DNA from: a virus
Taxonomy: Duplodnaviria > Heunggongvirae > Uroviricota > Caudoviricetes
DNA length: 64,000 nucleotides
IMG/VR virus record: IMGVR_UViG_3300045921_000484
Coordinates: 89,258 to 153,257 of that record
Reading direction: 5' to 3' (one strand)
Shown here: positions 1 to 10,338 of the stretch, one piece after another
Position numbering within the stretch: position 1 is the stretch's first letter
How the letters are laid out: each line of letters begins with the position of its first letter
The notes under the pieces: generated by a model
Database searches by the model: none
Seen by the model: the letters and a program-made list of their open reading frames with translations, nothing else
What the model was told of the DNA's origin: nothing
Program-made: the position numbers and the translations under genes

Positions 1-227
1 AACTCGGATTGGAAAATCCTAAATATGGATTACATATGTTTCCATCAGGAAAAGGTCAAGGTAACCCAGGATGGTGGAAAGCCAAAAAAATTGTTGAAAT
101 ATTAAAGAAAACAGGGTTTGAAAATGCTCATTTCTATGATGACAATTCAAAAACCATCAATAAGGTGAATAGAGTTGTCAAGGAAGAACTACCATTTGTT
201 AATTGGAAATCAACAAAGGTAAAATAA
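1..227 (+). CDS. 3' end of an ORF entering from upstream of the window (C-terminal ~75 codons). Weak HAD-phosphatase-like C-terminal motif (HFYDDN).
   Basis: Open frame is continuous from nt 3 with no in-frame stop. The listed start at nt 9 is TTG. Stop at 225-227. Confidence 0.35.
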   Translation, partial: LGLENPKYGLHMFPSGKGQGNPGWWKAKKIVEILKKTGFENAHFYDDNSKTINKVNRVVKEELPFVNWKSTKVK

Positions 228-299
228 TTTTCAAATATGATAGCAAATCCACTCAACTGATATAAACAATAAAAATTTTCCGCTTTTAAAAAATTAAAA

Positions 300-659
300 T
301 TATTTTCTACTAATAGAATATTTGCTTTTTAATATATTTAAAACTTTTTCGTAATCTTTGGAAAAAGAATACCCGGATAATTTATTTAGTAGTTCATCCC
401 ATATTTTATCTTCTTCATGTGAGTCCCAATCTTCCAAAGTTTGTTTAAGAAACCCAAAAACATCAAATTTACAATTAAAATTATTCAAAATATATAAAAC
501 ATCATCTTTACTCAAATCATATTTTAATGTTAATTGCCCTATTTCTACCCACAATTCATGATTTCCTAAATCTTCCTCTTTACACAATTTTTTATATTCT
601 TCATAAAAATTAATTAATTTATCTTGGTTGTTTTCATTGAATTTTCTAATGTGTTTCAT
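300..659 (-). CDS. Small hypothetical protein with the recurrent MKHIxxFNE N-terminal module.
   Basis: 119-aa ORF. N-terminus MKHIRKFNENNQDKL matches the module seen at 44197, 46638, 47559, 47828, 49865 and 41879(-). Confidence 0.5.
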   Translation of the reverse strand: MKHIRKFNENNQDKLINFYEEYKKLCKEEDLGNHELWVEIGQLTLKYDLSKDDVLYILNNFNCKFDVFGFLKQTLEDWDSHEEDKIWDELLNKLSGYSFSKDYEKVLNILKSKYSISRK

Positions 660-762
660 AATTTTTTTTTTATTTTTTTTATATATTTATTTTTATTTTT
701 CAAATACTTTTTTCATAGATTCTTTTTATTACCGTCTTTAATCCATAAAATCAGGTTTCTTT

Positions 763-1068
763 TTATTCTTTTTTAGACTCAATAACTTCATCGCCCCAAA
801 CTTTTCTTCTCATAGGTTCTTCACTTTGAAATTCATCAAAATCATTCTCTTCTTCAGATTCCTCTATTTCTGTATTTTCATCATAATCTTCCTCTTCTTC
901 ATCTTTTCTAAATTTATTAGAAGTATTTATTTTATCTAACCACTCTTGTTCATCAGAGTCAACATCGGAGAATCTTCCCATGTCTGTAAAGTTTTCGAAA
1001 GTTCTAAGGTATCTCATTTTCATAGGATTTATTATTTTTATAACATATATATTATTTTTAAACATCAA
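763..1068 (-). CDS. Acidic hypothetical protein (E/D-rich C-terminal half).
   Basis: 101-aa ORF with no competing ORF. Run of EEEDYDENTEIEESEEEND. Confidence 0.4.
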   Translation of the reverse strand: MMFKNNIYVIKIINPMKMRYLRTFENFTDMGRFSDVDSDEQEWLDKINTSNKFRKDEEEEDYDENTEIEESEEENDFDEFQSEEPMRRKVWGDEVIESKKE

Positions 1069-1092
1069 ATTTCAGATTTTTATATATAATTT

Positions 1093-2058
1093 ATGAAAAT
1101 TTATAGATATTTAGATTTCATTTTAGAAAATTCCAATTCATTATTTCCGTTCGTTTATTCAACCGATTTTAAAGATAAGGTAAGTCTAATAGAATCACCA
1201 ATATCTGATGATTTATTATCTATGATAGGAAAGGAATTACCATATTCTATGGTTAATTTGGGAAAAACAGGAGATACTGTTACTTTTATACCCGCTATTA
1301 GATTACAAAAGATTTTCTCATTATTTATACAGAAATTGGGTTTAAAAAAATTTATCACATCCGTTATTAAATTAAGGTCTGATCATGAGTATTGGTCAAA
1401 TGGTAGTTCAGAGATAAAAGTTGGTAGATTTGTTAAGAAAATTTTTGGTAATAAATATACAGATTCACAAATTGAGGAATTTGTTAATAAATGGAAATCT
1501 ATTGAGGATGGTTATATTTTTGAATTATGGGATGGGTATAGGATAAAGGAAGGATATAAATCAACTAATTATCACTTTGCTGAGAATGGATCTAATCCAT
1601 TAATGAATTCATGTATGAATGATATGGATGTTATTCAATTCTATCAATATTGTAATGGACTTAGACTATTAGTGTTATTAGATGAACAAGATTATATATT
1701 AGGTAGAGCTCTTGTTTGGAAAGATTATATGGGTAGATACATAATGGATAGAGTTTACTATGTATATGACAAGGATTATTATAAATTTATAGACTATGCT
1801 AATAAAAATGGATGGTATTATAAGAAGAAAAATATAAGTGGTGATTCATCATTTATCTATAAGGGACAGGAAGTATCATTGCGGACAAAGGTTAAAGTAC
1901 CTGATGTATTTAAATTTGCTGAAGATGGATTCCCTTATATGGATACATTTTATTATGCTCAAGGTGAATGGGCTATGAATTATGAACCGGAGGGTAATTA
2001 TTTTAAATTAATAGATGTCGAGGGTGGTTATGAGGTTCATTCTAATTTAGATTTATGA
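1093..2058 (+). CDS. Hypothetical protein, paralogue of 56432..57412.
   Basis: 321 aa. Shares blocks (NSCM..., LLVLLDEQDYILGRALVW..MDRVYYVYD, Y-DTF) with the 326-aa ORF at 56432. Confidence 0.55.
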   Translation: MKIYRYLDFILENSNSLFPFVYSTDFKDKVSLIESPISDDLLSMIGKELPYSMVNLGKTGDTVTFIPAIRLQKIFSLFIQKLGLKKFITSVIKLRSDHEYWSNGSSEIKVGRFVKKIFGNKYTDSQIEEFVNKWKSIEDGYIFELWDGYRIKEGYKSTNYHFAENGSNPLMNSCMNDMDVIQFYQYCNGLRLLVLLDEQDYILGRALVWKDYMGRYIMDRVYYVYDKDYYKFIDYANKNGWYYKKKNISGDSSFIYKGQEVSLRTKVKVPDVFKFAEDGFPYMDTFYYAQGEWAMNYEPEGNYFKLIDVEGGYEVHSNLDL

Positions 2059-2074
2059 AAATAATATATATAGT

Positions 2075-2866
2075 ATGAAAGTTTATAAATATAGTGAGTA
2101 TTCATTAAATAGTTCGATGGCTCAAGATCTACTTGACTCACTTCTTCCTTTTCTAAAGGAGGAAGTGAAAGGAGAAATTCCTAATTATAAAAAAATTGAA
2201 GAAAAAATAATAAGAGATTTAAAATTAAATGCTTCACTTATTATGACATTTGGAGTTGGTATTGGGGCTTTTTATCCAATAGTTGAGAAATTAATGAATA
2301 ATATGAATATTAGTTCAATAGAAATGACACTTGATAAGGTTGTACTATTAACTATTGCGGCTATATCAATAATTTACCTTGAAGAAAAAAAATCTAAAAA
2401 TGAAGATAAGTTGAGAAAAGATTGTAAGTCTATGTTGGAAGAGCTTAAAATGATGGGCATTGGTAATGGAATAGTTAAAAAACTTATAGAAGCTTTTAAA
2501 TCGATTAAGAATGTTTTTTCGATAATAATTAAACATTTTGGTGCTGTTGTTGGTGGATTTATGGATATGTTTTCATATACTGGATTACTTATACCTGTTA
2601 TGAATGGTATTATGTATATTATTGATAAATATCATTTAACGATAGACACTATGATTCAAAATTTTATTGGAGTAGGTATTAGTGTTGGTACAATAATAGC
2701 TAAGCACGGAATTATAGATATAATAGATAGATTAAGGGATAGATTCCCAATAAATAAAAAGAAAATTATATCTGAAATAGAGACACCTATTGTACAGAAA
2801 ATAGGTGATATTCGGTTTGGTGACTCTGAGGTTAATCAAGATGGAGATTTAATAAAAGAGCAATAA
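2075..2866 (+). CDS. Predicted multi-pass membrane protein.
   Basis: 263 aa with four or more hydrophobic segments (LIMTFGVGIGAFYPIV, VVLLTIAAISIIYL, FGAVVGGFMDMF..LLIPVMNGIMYII, FIGVGISVGTIIA). Confidence 0.5.
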   Translation: MKVYKYSEYSLNSSMAQDLLDSLLPFLKEEVKGEIPNYKKIEEKIIRDLKLNASLIMTFGVGIGAFYPIVEKLMNNMNISSIEMTLDKVVLLTIAAISIIYLEEKKSKNEDKLRKDCKSMLEELKMMGIGNGIVKKLIEAFKSIKNVFSIIIKHFGAVVGGFMDMFSYTGLLIPVMNGIMYIIDKYHLTIDTMIQNFIGVGISVGTIIAKHGIIDIIDRLRDRFPINKKKIISEIETPIVQKIGDIRFGDSEVNQDGDLIKEQ

Positions 2867-2920
2867 TCGCTCTAAACTTACCTATAACATTTAATATAAT
2901 ATAAAAATGAATAATGGTGA

Positions 2921-4252
2921 ATGACTCCTCAACTTGAAAAGGTATTTTTCAATTATATTTTAAAGAATAAGAAGTATTTTGATATAGTTAAACCGTATTT
3001 TTTTCGAAATTCCGAAATCCAATTTGTATATGGAATTATTCGTCAATACATGATGAAAGGTACTGATGTTAAATTACCAACAGCTAGGCAAATTTGGGAT
3101 ATGATAAGTCTTGAAGATAAAGACGGTGTTATAACAAAGGAAATATTGAAGTCTATTTTACAGGTCGATTTGAAGGAATACGATGAAAAGAATTTTATTG
3201 AGCCTAAATTTAATGCATGGGTTTTATCTAATCGTCTAAAAACTGGTACTATTGACATTATTGATGAAACTAGAAATCTAGATCAGATATCTGACTTTGA
3301 TAAAGCTATTGAGGCAGCTAATAGAATTAAAGGTATTGTAGATGAGATGTCATCGACAAATTTCGTACAGGATGATGACTTGGGTTCTGATTTTGATGAT
3401 CCAGAAAGTCATGTTCAAGACTCATCTAAATTTAAAGTTAAATGTGGATTTGATACTATTGACCATATGTTAGGTGGTGGATGGGATATTCAAACTCTTA
3501 ATGTTATAATGGCTCAAACTAATGGAGGTAAGTCATTGTGGATGCAAAACTTTGCTGTTAAGGCAGCTGATATGGGTTATAATGTACTCTATGTCACACT
3601 TGAAATGAGCGAAAGAAAGGTTATGAAAAGACTCGGATCTATGCGTCTTAGAATTCCTATTAATGATTATGATAAGATGTCTAATGATACTGATATGATT
3701 AAAAAAAGAATCGCTTCTCTTAGTAAATCTGATGGTGGTAGTGATATCTTTGAGAAGAAGATTGGTAAGATAATAATTAAGTTCTGGGCAGCTGGAACAG
3801 CTACCGTTATTGATTTTGATAATTATATTCAAAAGTTAAAAGAAAAAAGAGATATAAAGATAGACCTTGTGATAATTGATTATATTACACTTGTTGCTCC
3901 TATTAAGGGATTAGGTGGTGATAATCTTTATACTAAAGGTAAACATTTAGCTGAGGGATTAAGAGCTCTTGGTGCTAAATATAAATGTCCTGTTATAACA
4001 GGAGTTCAGGTGGCGAAAGATGCTTGGAACTCATCTGATATAACATTAGAAAGTGTACCAGAATCTAAAGCAATTGCTGAAACTGCTGATACATTTTTTG
4101 CTATAATTAGAACAGAGGATATGAAGAGACAAAACTTATATAGGTTTAAGTTGTTAAAGCAGAGGGATGGTGATTTCTTAAAGTCACAAATTAGACTTAA
4201 TTTAAATCCTACTTATTTAACTCTTGAAAATGATCAATTTATTGATCAATAA
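2921..4252 (+). CDS. Replicative DNA helicase, DnaB family.
   Basis: C-terminal RecA-like domain with GFDTIDHMLGGG..IMAQTNGGKS (Walker A), the DnaB-specific TLEMSERKVMKRLGS motif (SLEMS box) and DLVIIDYITLV (Walker B). Confidence 0.8.
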   Translation: MTPQLEKVFFNYILKNKKYFDIVKPYFFRNSEIQFVYGIIRQYMMKGTDVKLPTARQIWDMISLEDKDGVITKEILKSILQVDLKEYDEKNFIEPKFNAWVLSNRLKTGTIDIIDETRNLDQISDFDKAIEAANRIKGIVDEMSSTNFVQDDDLGSDFDDPESHVQDSSKFKVKCGFDTIDHMLGGGWDIQTLNVIMAQTNGGKSLWMQNFAVKAADMGYNVLYVTLEMSERKVMKRLGSMRLRIPINDYDKMSNDTDMIKKRIASLSKSDGGSDIFEKKIGKIIIKFWAAGTATVIDFDNYIQKLKEKRDIKIDLVIIDYITLVAPIKGLGGDNLYTKGKHLAEGLRALGAKYKCPVITGVQVAKDAWNSSDITLESVPESKAIAETADTFFAIIRTEDMKRQNLYRFKLLKQRDGDFLKSQIRLNLNPTYLTLENDQFIDQ

Positions 4253-4323
4253 TAAATTTGAATATAAGTTATTTGTCATACTAATTATGGACATTCCAAA
4301 TAATAAAAAAATAAAAACACTTT

Positions 4324-5274
4324 ATGACTAAGAAATTTAGATATGATAAAGATGAATTTGATGATGAATTAGAAAGTGATAACGAAGATATCGTTAATGA
4401 TGTTCAATATGAACAAGAGGATGAAACCGATGATGATTCTGAAATAAGTATCAGTGATGATTATGAGGATATAAATATTGTCATTGAGATAGATGATGAG
4501 GACTTAATAAGTGATGAGGATAAATCCGAAATAACAACTGAATCTGAAGATGATATTGTTTTATCTAAACATAAAATTGAGGGAAAACACTCCTTAAAAT
4601 ATGATTCTATCTTCAAAGGTAAAAAAGAAGATCCTTTGGATGAAGAGGACATGTATAGTTATTCTGATGGATATTATAAGGAAACTATTGAGGTGGACAA
4701 GGCTTCTAACTATTATTTTGAATCAATAGATAATGAAAATTATATTAGAAGTAAGTTGGTTAAGGAAAAAGTTTATGTTGTTCTTAATGAACACACAACA
4801 ATTAACTTCCTTAACAATCGTAGAAAACCTTCTAGATCAGACTTTAATCATTATTATAGTTTATTGAAGACTCATTTAGCAGAGGAAAGTTTTACTAACA
4901 TTGAATTATTTAATGAGTTAGCTGTTTATTTCTCGGATAACCTATTTAATATGTTTAAGTTACTTGATAATAAGTGGAGGAACATGATAATTATGGAGTT
5001 ACAAGAACATATTGGTAAAAATTCAAACTCAAAAGATATCACTAATAGAAATATTTATGATGGAACTGAGATAGAATTTAAATGGATTGATGATACCGGT
5101 GAAGAGAAATTGATAACCGGAGTTGTAGTTGAAACTGATTATGAAAATTCAACTTTCAAAGTTGATTCATATGAAAATATCTATGAAGTTGATATAAGTC
5201 AGATAACAAAAATTCTAAATAATACTAAATTTAAGTATAATTTAAATAAACTTAATAATATAGATTTTTTATAA
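4324..5274 (+). CDS. Hypothetical protein with an extremely acidic N-terminal half.
   Basis: 316-aa ORF. D/E-rich first 120 aa, then an ordinary globular-looking C-terminus. Confidence 0.5.
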   Translation: MTKKFRYDKDEFDDELESDNEDIVNDVQYEQEDETDDDSEISISDDYEDINIVIEIDDEDLISDEDKSEITTESEDDIVLSKHKIEGKHSLKYDSIFKGKKEDPLDEEDMYSYSDGYYKETIEVDKASNYYFESIDNENYIRSKLVKEKVYVVLNEHTTINFLNNRRKPSRSDFNHYYSLLKTHLAEESFTNIELFNELAVYFSDNLFNMFKLLDNKWRNMIIMELQEHIGKNSNSKDITNRNIYDGTEIEFKWIDDTGEEKLITGVVVETDYENSTFKVDSYENIYEVDISQITKILNNTKFKYNLNKLNNIDFL

Positions 5275-5383
5275 GATATAAAAATTTTTTAGATGATTGT
5301 AAAAAACCTTATAAATTTTTATAAGTCAAAAATGAATTGAAATTTTAATTCAATATATAAAAAACAAAAAAAAATTAATTAGC

Positions 5384-7930
5384 ATGATAAAAGTTACAAA
5401 GAGAAACGGTAAGAAAGAACCATTGATGTTAGATAAAATTTTAGATAGAATTAATCAACAGACATATGGTTTGGATCAAAAGTGGATTGTACCTTTCGAA
5501 GTCGCGCAAAAGGTTATTGAAGGTATCACACCAGATATTAAAACCTCAGTTCTTGACCAATTGGCAATGGAGACTGCGGCATCACTTACAACAAAACATC
5601 CAGACTATTCTGTATTAGCAGCAAGATTGGCAATTACAAATTTACACAAAGAAACAAAAAAGAGTTTTTCTGAAACAGTCGAAGATCTATATAGATATAT
5701 CGATTCAAAGACAGGAAGACCATCACCAATAGTATCAGAAGGATTCTATAAAATAGTTAAAAAGCACGCTGATGAATTAGATTCAGCAATTGTTCATTCA
5801 AGAGACCATAACTTTGATTATTTTGGTTTTAAAACACTTGAAAAGTCATATCTACTAAAAATAAATGGTAAAGTTGCTGAGCGTCCTCAATATATGTATA
5901 TGAGAACAGCTATTCAAATATGGGGAGAGAATATTGAAAAAGTAATTGAAACATATAATGCTCTTTCAGAGGGATATTATACACATGCTACTCCAACATT
6001 ATTTAACTCTGGAACAACAAGACCTCAATTATCTTCTTGTTTCTTATTAGATACTGAGTCTGATTCTATTGAGGGTATTTTCAACACTCTTAAAGAATCA
6101 GCTCAGATTTCTAAAAATGCCGGTGGTATTGGTATTTCTTTTAATAAAGTTAGAGCTAAGGGTACCTATATTGCAGGTACTAATGGCTCATCAAATGGTA
6201 TTATTCCATTCTTGAAAATATTCAACGAAACTGCAAGAGCGGTTGATCAAGGCGGTGGTAAACGTAAGGGTTCTATTGCTATCTATATGGAGCCTTGGCA
6301 CGCTGATATTATGGAATTTTTAGACCTTCGTAAGAATCAAGGTAAAGATGAGCTTAGAGCTAGAGACCTTTTTTTGGCTATCTGGATGAATGACCTTTTC
6401 ATGGAAAGAGTTGAACTTGATGAATATTGGTCATTAATGTGTCCACATGAGTGTGTTGGATTAAATGATACTTATGGAAATGAGTTCCGTGATTTATATC
6501 TTAAATATGAAAAAGAAGGAAGATATAAGAAAAGAATTAAAGCAAGAGAAGTTTGGAATAAGATACTTGAATCTCAAATTGAAACTGGTACTCCTTATAT
6601 ACTTTATAAGGATTCAATTAATGAAAAGTCAAACCAATCTAACATTGGTATTATTCGATCTTCTAATCTTTGTGCAGAAATAGTTGAATCAACAGGTGTA
6701 ACTAAAATACAAGGTGATATATTAAAGAATAAAGAACTACTTGATAAATTAGGATTGGGTGAGTTCTGGGGTGAAGATTCAGTCAATGAAACTGCTGTTT
6801 GTAACTTAGCATCTATTGCTCTTCCTAAGTTTGTTAATAAGAACAAAACTTATAACTATAATAAGTTATATGAAGTTGCTTATAATGCAATTATTAACCT
6901 TAATAATGTAATTGATGTGAATTATTATCCGTCTAAGGCGGCTAAGTTTTCAAATTTATTACATAGACCAGTTGGTTTAGGTGTTCAAGGATTAGCTGAT
7001 GTTTTTTTCATGATTGGTATCCCATATGATTCTGATGAAGCTAAACAAATAAATAGAGATATATTTGAAACTATCTATTATGCAGCTATGAGAGCATCTT
7101 GTGATATGGCTAAAAAAGATGGAGCGTATGCTACATATGAAGGTTCTCCAGTTTCTCAAGGTAAATTACAATTTGATTTATGGGGTGTTAAACCTTCTAA
7201 GAGATGGGATTGGGATAAACTAAGAGAAGATATTAAAAAGTGGGGTGTTAGAAACTCTTTAACTACTTGCATAATGCCAACAGCTTCTACAGCTTCTATT
7301 TTAGGAAATGAGGCATCTTGTGAAGCACAAACATCAAATATGTACACAAGAGGTGTATTATCTGGTACATTCATAATGGTCAACAAATATCTTGTTAAAG
7401 AGTTAGTTAAATTGGGAATATGGAGTGATTCATTAAGAAAGAAAATTATTGCTGATAATGGATCAGTTCAAAACATACCTGAGATTCCAACTAATTTGAA
7501 AGAAATATTCAAGACAGTTTATGAGATTAAACAAAAAGATGTTATTGATATGGCTGCTGATAGAGGAGCGTTTATCGACCAAACTCAGTCTATGAATATC
7601 TTTATGGATTCTCCAAATTTTGCTAAGTTAACATCAATGCATTTTTATGGATGGGGGAGAAGAAATCTTATCATTGGTCAAGATGGTCAACCTATTATTC
7701 CACAAGGTGAAGGAATTCAGGTTATCTATGATAAAGATGGTAGGCCAAGATGTTATAGAGATAAAAAAGTAGCACTTAAAACAGGTATCTACTATTTAAG
7801 AAATAAATCTGCCAGTGACGCTGTTAAGTTTACTATTCAAGAGGAAGTTAAAAAGACAGTCGAGGAACAAATGGCAGAGATTAGTTGTAGCTTAGATAAT
7901 CCAGACGATTGTTTGGCATGTGGATCATAA
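5384..7930 (+). CDS. Ribonucleotide reductase catalytic (large-subunit-type) chain with N-terminal ATP-cone. Class Ia alpha or monomeric class II not distinguishable here.
   Basis: 848 aa. ATP-cone start (VTKRNGKKEPLMLDKI), active-site region SSNLCAEIVE, PxGLGV, C-terminal CxxC (CLACGS). No NrdB-like ORF in the window. Confidence 0.85.
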   Translation: MIKVTKRNGKKEPLMLDKILDRINQQTYGLDQKWIVPFEVAQKVIEGITPDIKTSVLDQLAMETAASLTTKHPDYSVLAARLAITNLHKETKKSFSETVEDLYRYIDSKTGRPSPIVSEGFYKIVKKHADELDSAIVHSRDHNFDYFGFKTLEKSYLLKINGKVAERPQYMYMRTAIQIWGENIEKVIETYNALSEGYYTHATPTLFNSGTTRPQLSSCFLLDTESDSIEGIFNTLKESAQISKNAGGIGISFNKVRAKGTYIAGTNGSSNGIIPFLKIFNETARAVDQGGGKRKGSIAIYMEPWHADIMEFLDLRKNQGKDELRARDLFLAIWMNDLFMERVELDEYWSLMCPHECVGLNDTYGNEFRDLYLKYEKEGRYKKRIKAREVWNKILESQIETGTPYILYKDSINEKSNQSNIGIIRSSNLCAEIVESTGVTKIQGDILKNKELLDKLGLGEFWGEDSVNETAVCNLASIALPKFVNKNKTYNYNKLYEVAYNAIINLNNVIDVNYYPSKAAKFSNLLHRPVGLGVQGLADVFFMIGIPYDSDEAKQINRDIFETIYYAAMRASCDMAKKDGAYATYEGSPVSQGKLQFDLWGVKPSKRWDWDKLREDIKKWGVRNSLTTCIMPTASTASILGNEASCEAQTSNMYTRGVLSGTFIMVNKYLVKELVKLGIWSDSLRKKIIADNGSVQNIPEIPTNLKEIFKTVYEIKQKDVIDMAADRGAFIDQTQSMNIFMDSPNFAKLTSMHFYGWGRRNLIIGQDGQPIIPQGEGIQVIYDKDGRPRCYRDKKVALKTGIYYLRNKSASDAVKFTIQEEVKKTVEEQMAEISCSLDNPDDCLACGS

Positions 7931-7934
7931 AAAA

Positions 7935-7957
7935 GGGAACTTCAGTTCCCTTTTTTT
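7935..7957 (+). terminator. Intrinsic terminator after the RNR gene.
   Basis: GGGAAC-ttca-GTTCCC hairpin followed by T7. Confidence 0.7.
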
Positions 7958-8279
7958 ATATAAAATATAAATTATAGGTACATATTGTTAAAAGTTAAAT
8001 TGATTTGAATGAAAAAAAATTACTATTTTAGCACTATAAAAAATCCATCTTTGAGAAAAACGAATTTTTCGAGGTTGATATATACTGAACAAATCAAAAA
8101 AAAATTCTAAAAGTTTAAAACTTATTTCAAATTATGGATATAAATTATCCGAATTCGACTTTAAACTTTTTGAAATTTTGGAGATAAAAGAAAAAAACGT
8201 TCTTTAACATATTAAAAAAATTCCAGTAGTGAATTGAAGGGTTACTTCGAAAATTGGATTTCAAAAAAAACTCTTTGAT

Positions 8280-8621
8280 AGATTACTCTGGTCTATATAA
8301 TTAAAAGCAAACATAGCGATAGTTTGAGATACTTCGTAAATTACAACTATGATTCATATCAAGTGTTTAGCTGACAGCGAAAACTACCTGTCCTGATAAC
8401 TAAATAAGTCAGGTTATAAACAGGTGAAAAGTCCGGAAAATACTCCGTTAAAAGATTAAGGAATTCATAAACTTCCTTCAAAAAAAGATATGAGTGAGAT
8501 GTACACTTAAAATATCGGCAAAGTTTCGACAGAATTCTTTGTATCGCTCAGACTAAATTTACTTGTTTGTAAAAATATAAAAGACCAGATTAAACAGAAA
8601 TGTTAGTCTGGTCTTTTTTTC
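8280..8621 (+). ncRNA. Candidate structured non-coding RNA (possibly Y-RNA-like) immediately upstream of the Ro60/TROVE gene.
   Basis: The 7958-8647 interval is the longest ORF-free stretch in the window. The 8280-8620 part is locally GC-richer. It contains the nested hairpin ACCTGTCCTGA..TCAGG..ACAGGT (8385-8427) and ends in its own intrinsic terminator (8582-8621). Confidence 0.3.
8582..8621 (+). terminator. Intrinsic terminator closing the ORF-free region upstream of the Ro60-like gene.
   Basis: AGACCAGA..(16-nt loop)..TCTGGTCT followed by T8. Confidence 0.65.
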
Positions 8622-8647
8622 TATAATTAAAATAAAAAAAAACATAT

Positions 8648-10099
8648 ATGTCAAAATTTAACACAACATTACCAAAACAGAAAACTTTAACTGAAAACCT
8701 TGCAGGTGGTCAAGCTTATGCTCAATCTGATGAGTTAGCTCTTGTATCATTGTTATTAACATCATTTGTTAATAACCAGTTTTATAGAAGCGCTAAAGGA
8801 TCTTTAGATGAACTTAAAAATCTAGCATCTAAAATAAAAGATAAGGAGTTTGTTGCTAAGGCGGCTATCTATGCTCGTGACCGTTTCGGCATGAGAAGTA
8901 TTACACACGCTCTTGCTGGTGAATTAGCCTCTGAGTTAAATGGTAAGGAATGGGGTAAGAAATTCTATGATAAAGTAGTTGTTCGTGTTGATGATATGAC
9001 TGAGATTCTTTCATATTACCTTGCTTATAAGACTAACAAGGATAATCCAAAATTCCCAAATGCCTTAAAGAAGGGATTTGCTAAGGCTTTTGATAAATTT
9101 GATGGATATCAGTTAGCTAAGTATAGAGGTGAGAATAAGGAAGTAAAACTTGTTGATATTGTTAATATTGTTCACCCAGTTCCTACACAGAGGAACAAAG
9201 AAGCATTGTCTTTACTTATAAAGGGTGAGTTAAAGAATGCTGATACCTGGGAGTCTAAGTTGTCACAAGCTGGTCAAGTAGCTGAGTCTGAGGAAGATTT
9301 AGCATCACTAAAGGCAGATGCTTGGAAGAGTCTAATTTCTGAAAGAAAAATTGGATATTTTGCTTTACTAAAAAATCTTAGAAACATCATTTTTCAGGCA
9401 CCAGATTCGCTACCATCAGCTTGTGAATTACTAACAGATGAAAGATTAATTTCTAAGTCTAGAGTTCTTCCATTTAGATTTGCCACAGCTTATGAAGAAA
9501 TTAGTAAGTTAGGTTCTTCTACTGAGGTTAGAAATGTTCTTGTCGCTATCAATAAGGCATTGGATATTTCAGTTGTTAATGTTCCTATATTTGATGGTGA
9601 TACTCTTGTAGTATTAGACGTATCTGGTTCTATGAGTGGCAAGCCATCCGAAATAGCTTCATTGTTTGGTGCCATCTTAGCTAAGTCTAATAACTGTGAT
9701 GTTATGACATTCTCAACTAACTCACAGTATGTGTCTTACAATCCTATGGATTCTGTAATGACCATTAGAAATGGATTTAAATTTTCTGGCGGTGGTACCA
9801 ACTTTAAATCTATTTTCCAAAATGCTAACAAGAAGTATGATAGATTTATTATTCTATCGGATATGCAATCTTGGATTGGATATAATACTCCCTCTGCTGA
9901 GTTCGCTCAATATAAGAAGAAGTTTAATGCAAATCCGTATGTTTACTCATGGGACCTTGCAGGATTAGGAACATTACAATTTCCAGAAAATAATGTCTTT
10001 GCTTTAGCTGGATTCAGTGATAAAGTATTTGATATTATGAAGCTAATGGAAACTGATAAGAAGGCTCTTTTAAATGAAATTAAAGCTATTCAGTTTTAA
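8648..10099 (+). CDS. rsr: TROVE-domain (Ro60/Rsr-like) protein with C-terminal von Willebrand A domain.
   Basis: N-terminal TROVE-like signature (LAGGQAY....L.SLLL..F.NNQFYRS). vWA MIDAS motif VLDVSGSM (DxSxS) near residue 320. Size 483 aa. Confidence 0.7.
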   Translation: MSKFNTTLPKQKTLTENLAGGQAYAQSDELALVSLLLTSFVNNQFYRSAKGSLDELKNLASKIKDKEFVAKAAIYARDRFGMRSITHALAGELASELNGKEWGKKFYDKVVVRVDDMTEILSYYLAYKTNKDNPKFPNALKKGFAKAFDKFDGYQLAKYRGENKEVKLVDIVNIVHPVPTQRNKEALSLLIKGELKNADTWESKLSQAGQVAESEEDLASLKADAWKSLISERKIGYFALLKNLRNIIFQAPDSLPSACELLTDERLISKSRVLPFRFATAYEEISKLGSSTEVRNVLVAINKALDISVVNVPIFDGDTLVVLDVSGSMSGKPSEIASLFGAILAKSNNCDVMTFSTNSQYVSYNPMDSVMTIRNGFKFSGGGTNFKSIFQNANKKYDRFIILSDMQSWIGYNTPSAEFAQYKKKFNANPYVYSWDLAGLGTLQFPENNVFALAGFSDKVFDIMKLMETDKKALLNEIKAIQF

Positions 10100-10103
10100 C
10101 AAA

Positions 10104-10131
10104 AAACCCACTTTTTTAAGTGGGTTTTTTG
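10104..10131. terminator. Intrinsic terminator (A-run/T-run on both sides, potentially bidirectional).
   Basis: AAACCCACTT-tttt-AAGTGGGTTT then T-run. The same stem sequence recurs at 58801-58819. Confidence 0.7.
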
Positions 10132-10338
10132 TTAATCTTTCCATTCATAGAATGATTGAATGCTTACATTTTTTGTCTTTTTATTTTACTTGAAGTAGAA
10201 TGGTATATCACCCTACTTGAGATGATGAAATATCACACACTTTAGCTATCGATAGAGTTAATTAGTTAATTAGCGAAATATCAATTTCTCCATATTAACT
10301 AATAACTATTGACCTTCAGCATTTTCAAAATTCGTATC

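Noticed and set aside
5300-5383. Short inverted repeat ATTGAA-attttaa-TTCAAT upstream of the RNR gene, considered as an NrdR-type box.
   Set aside because: Does not resemble known NrdR box consensus. In 30% GC DNA a 6-bp AT-rich inverted repeat is expected by chance.
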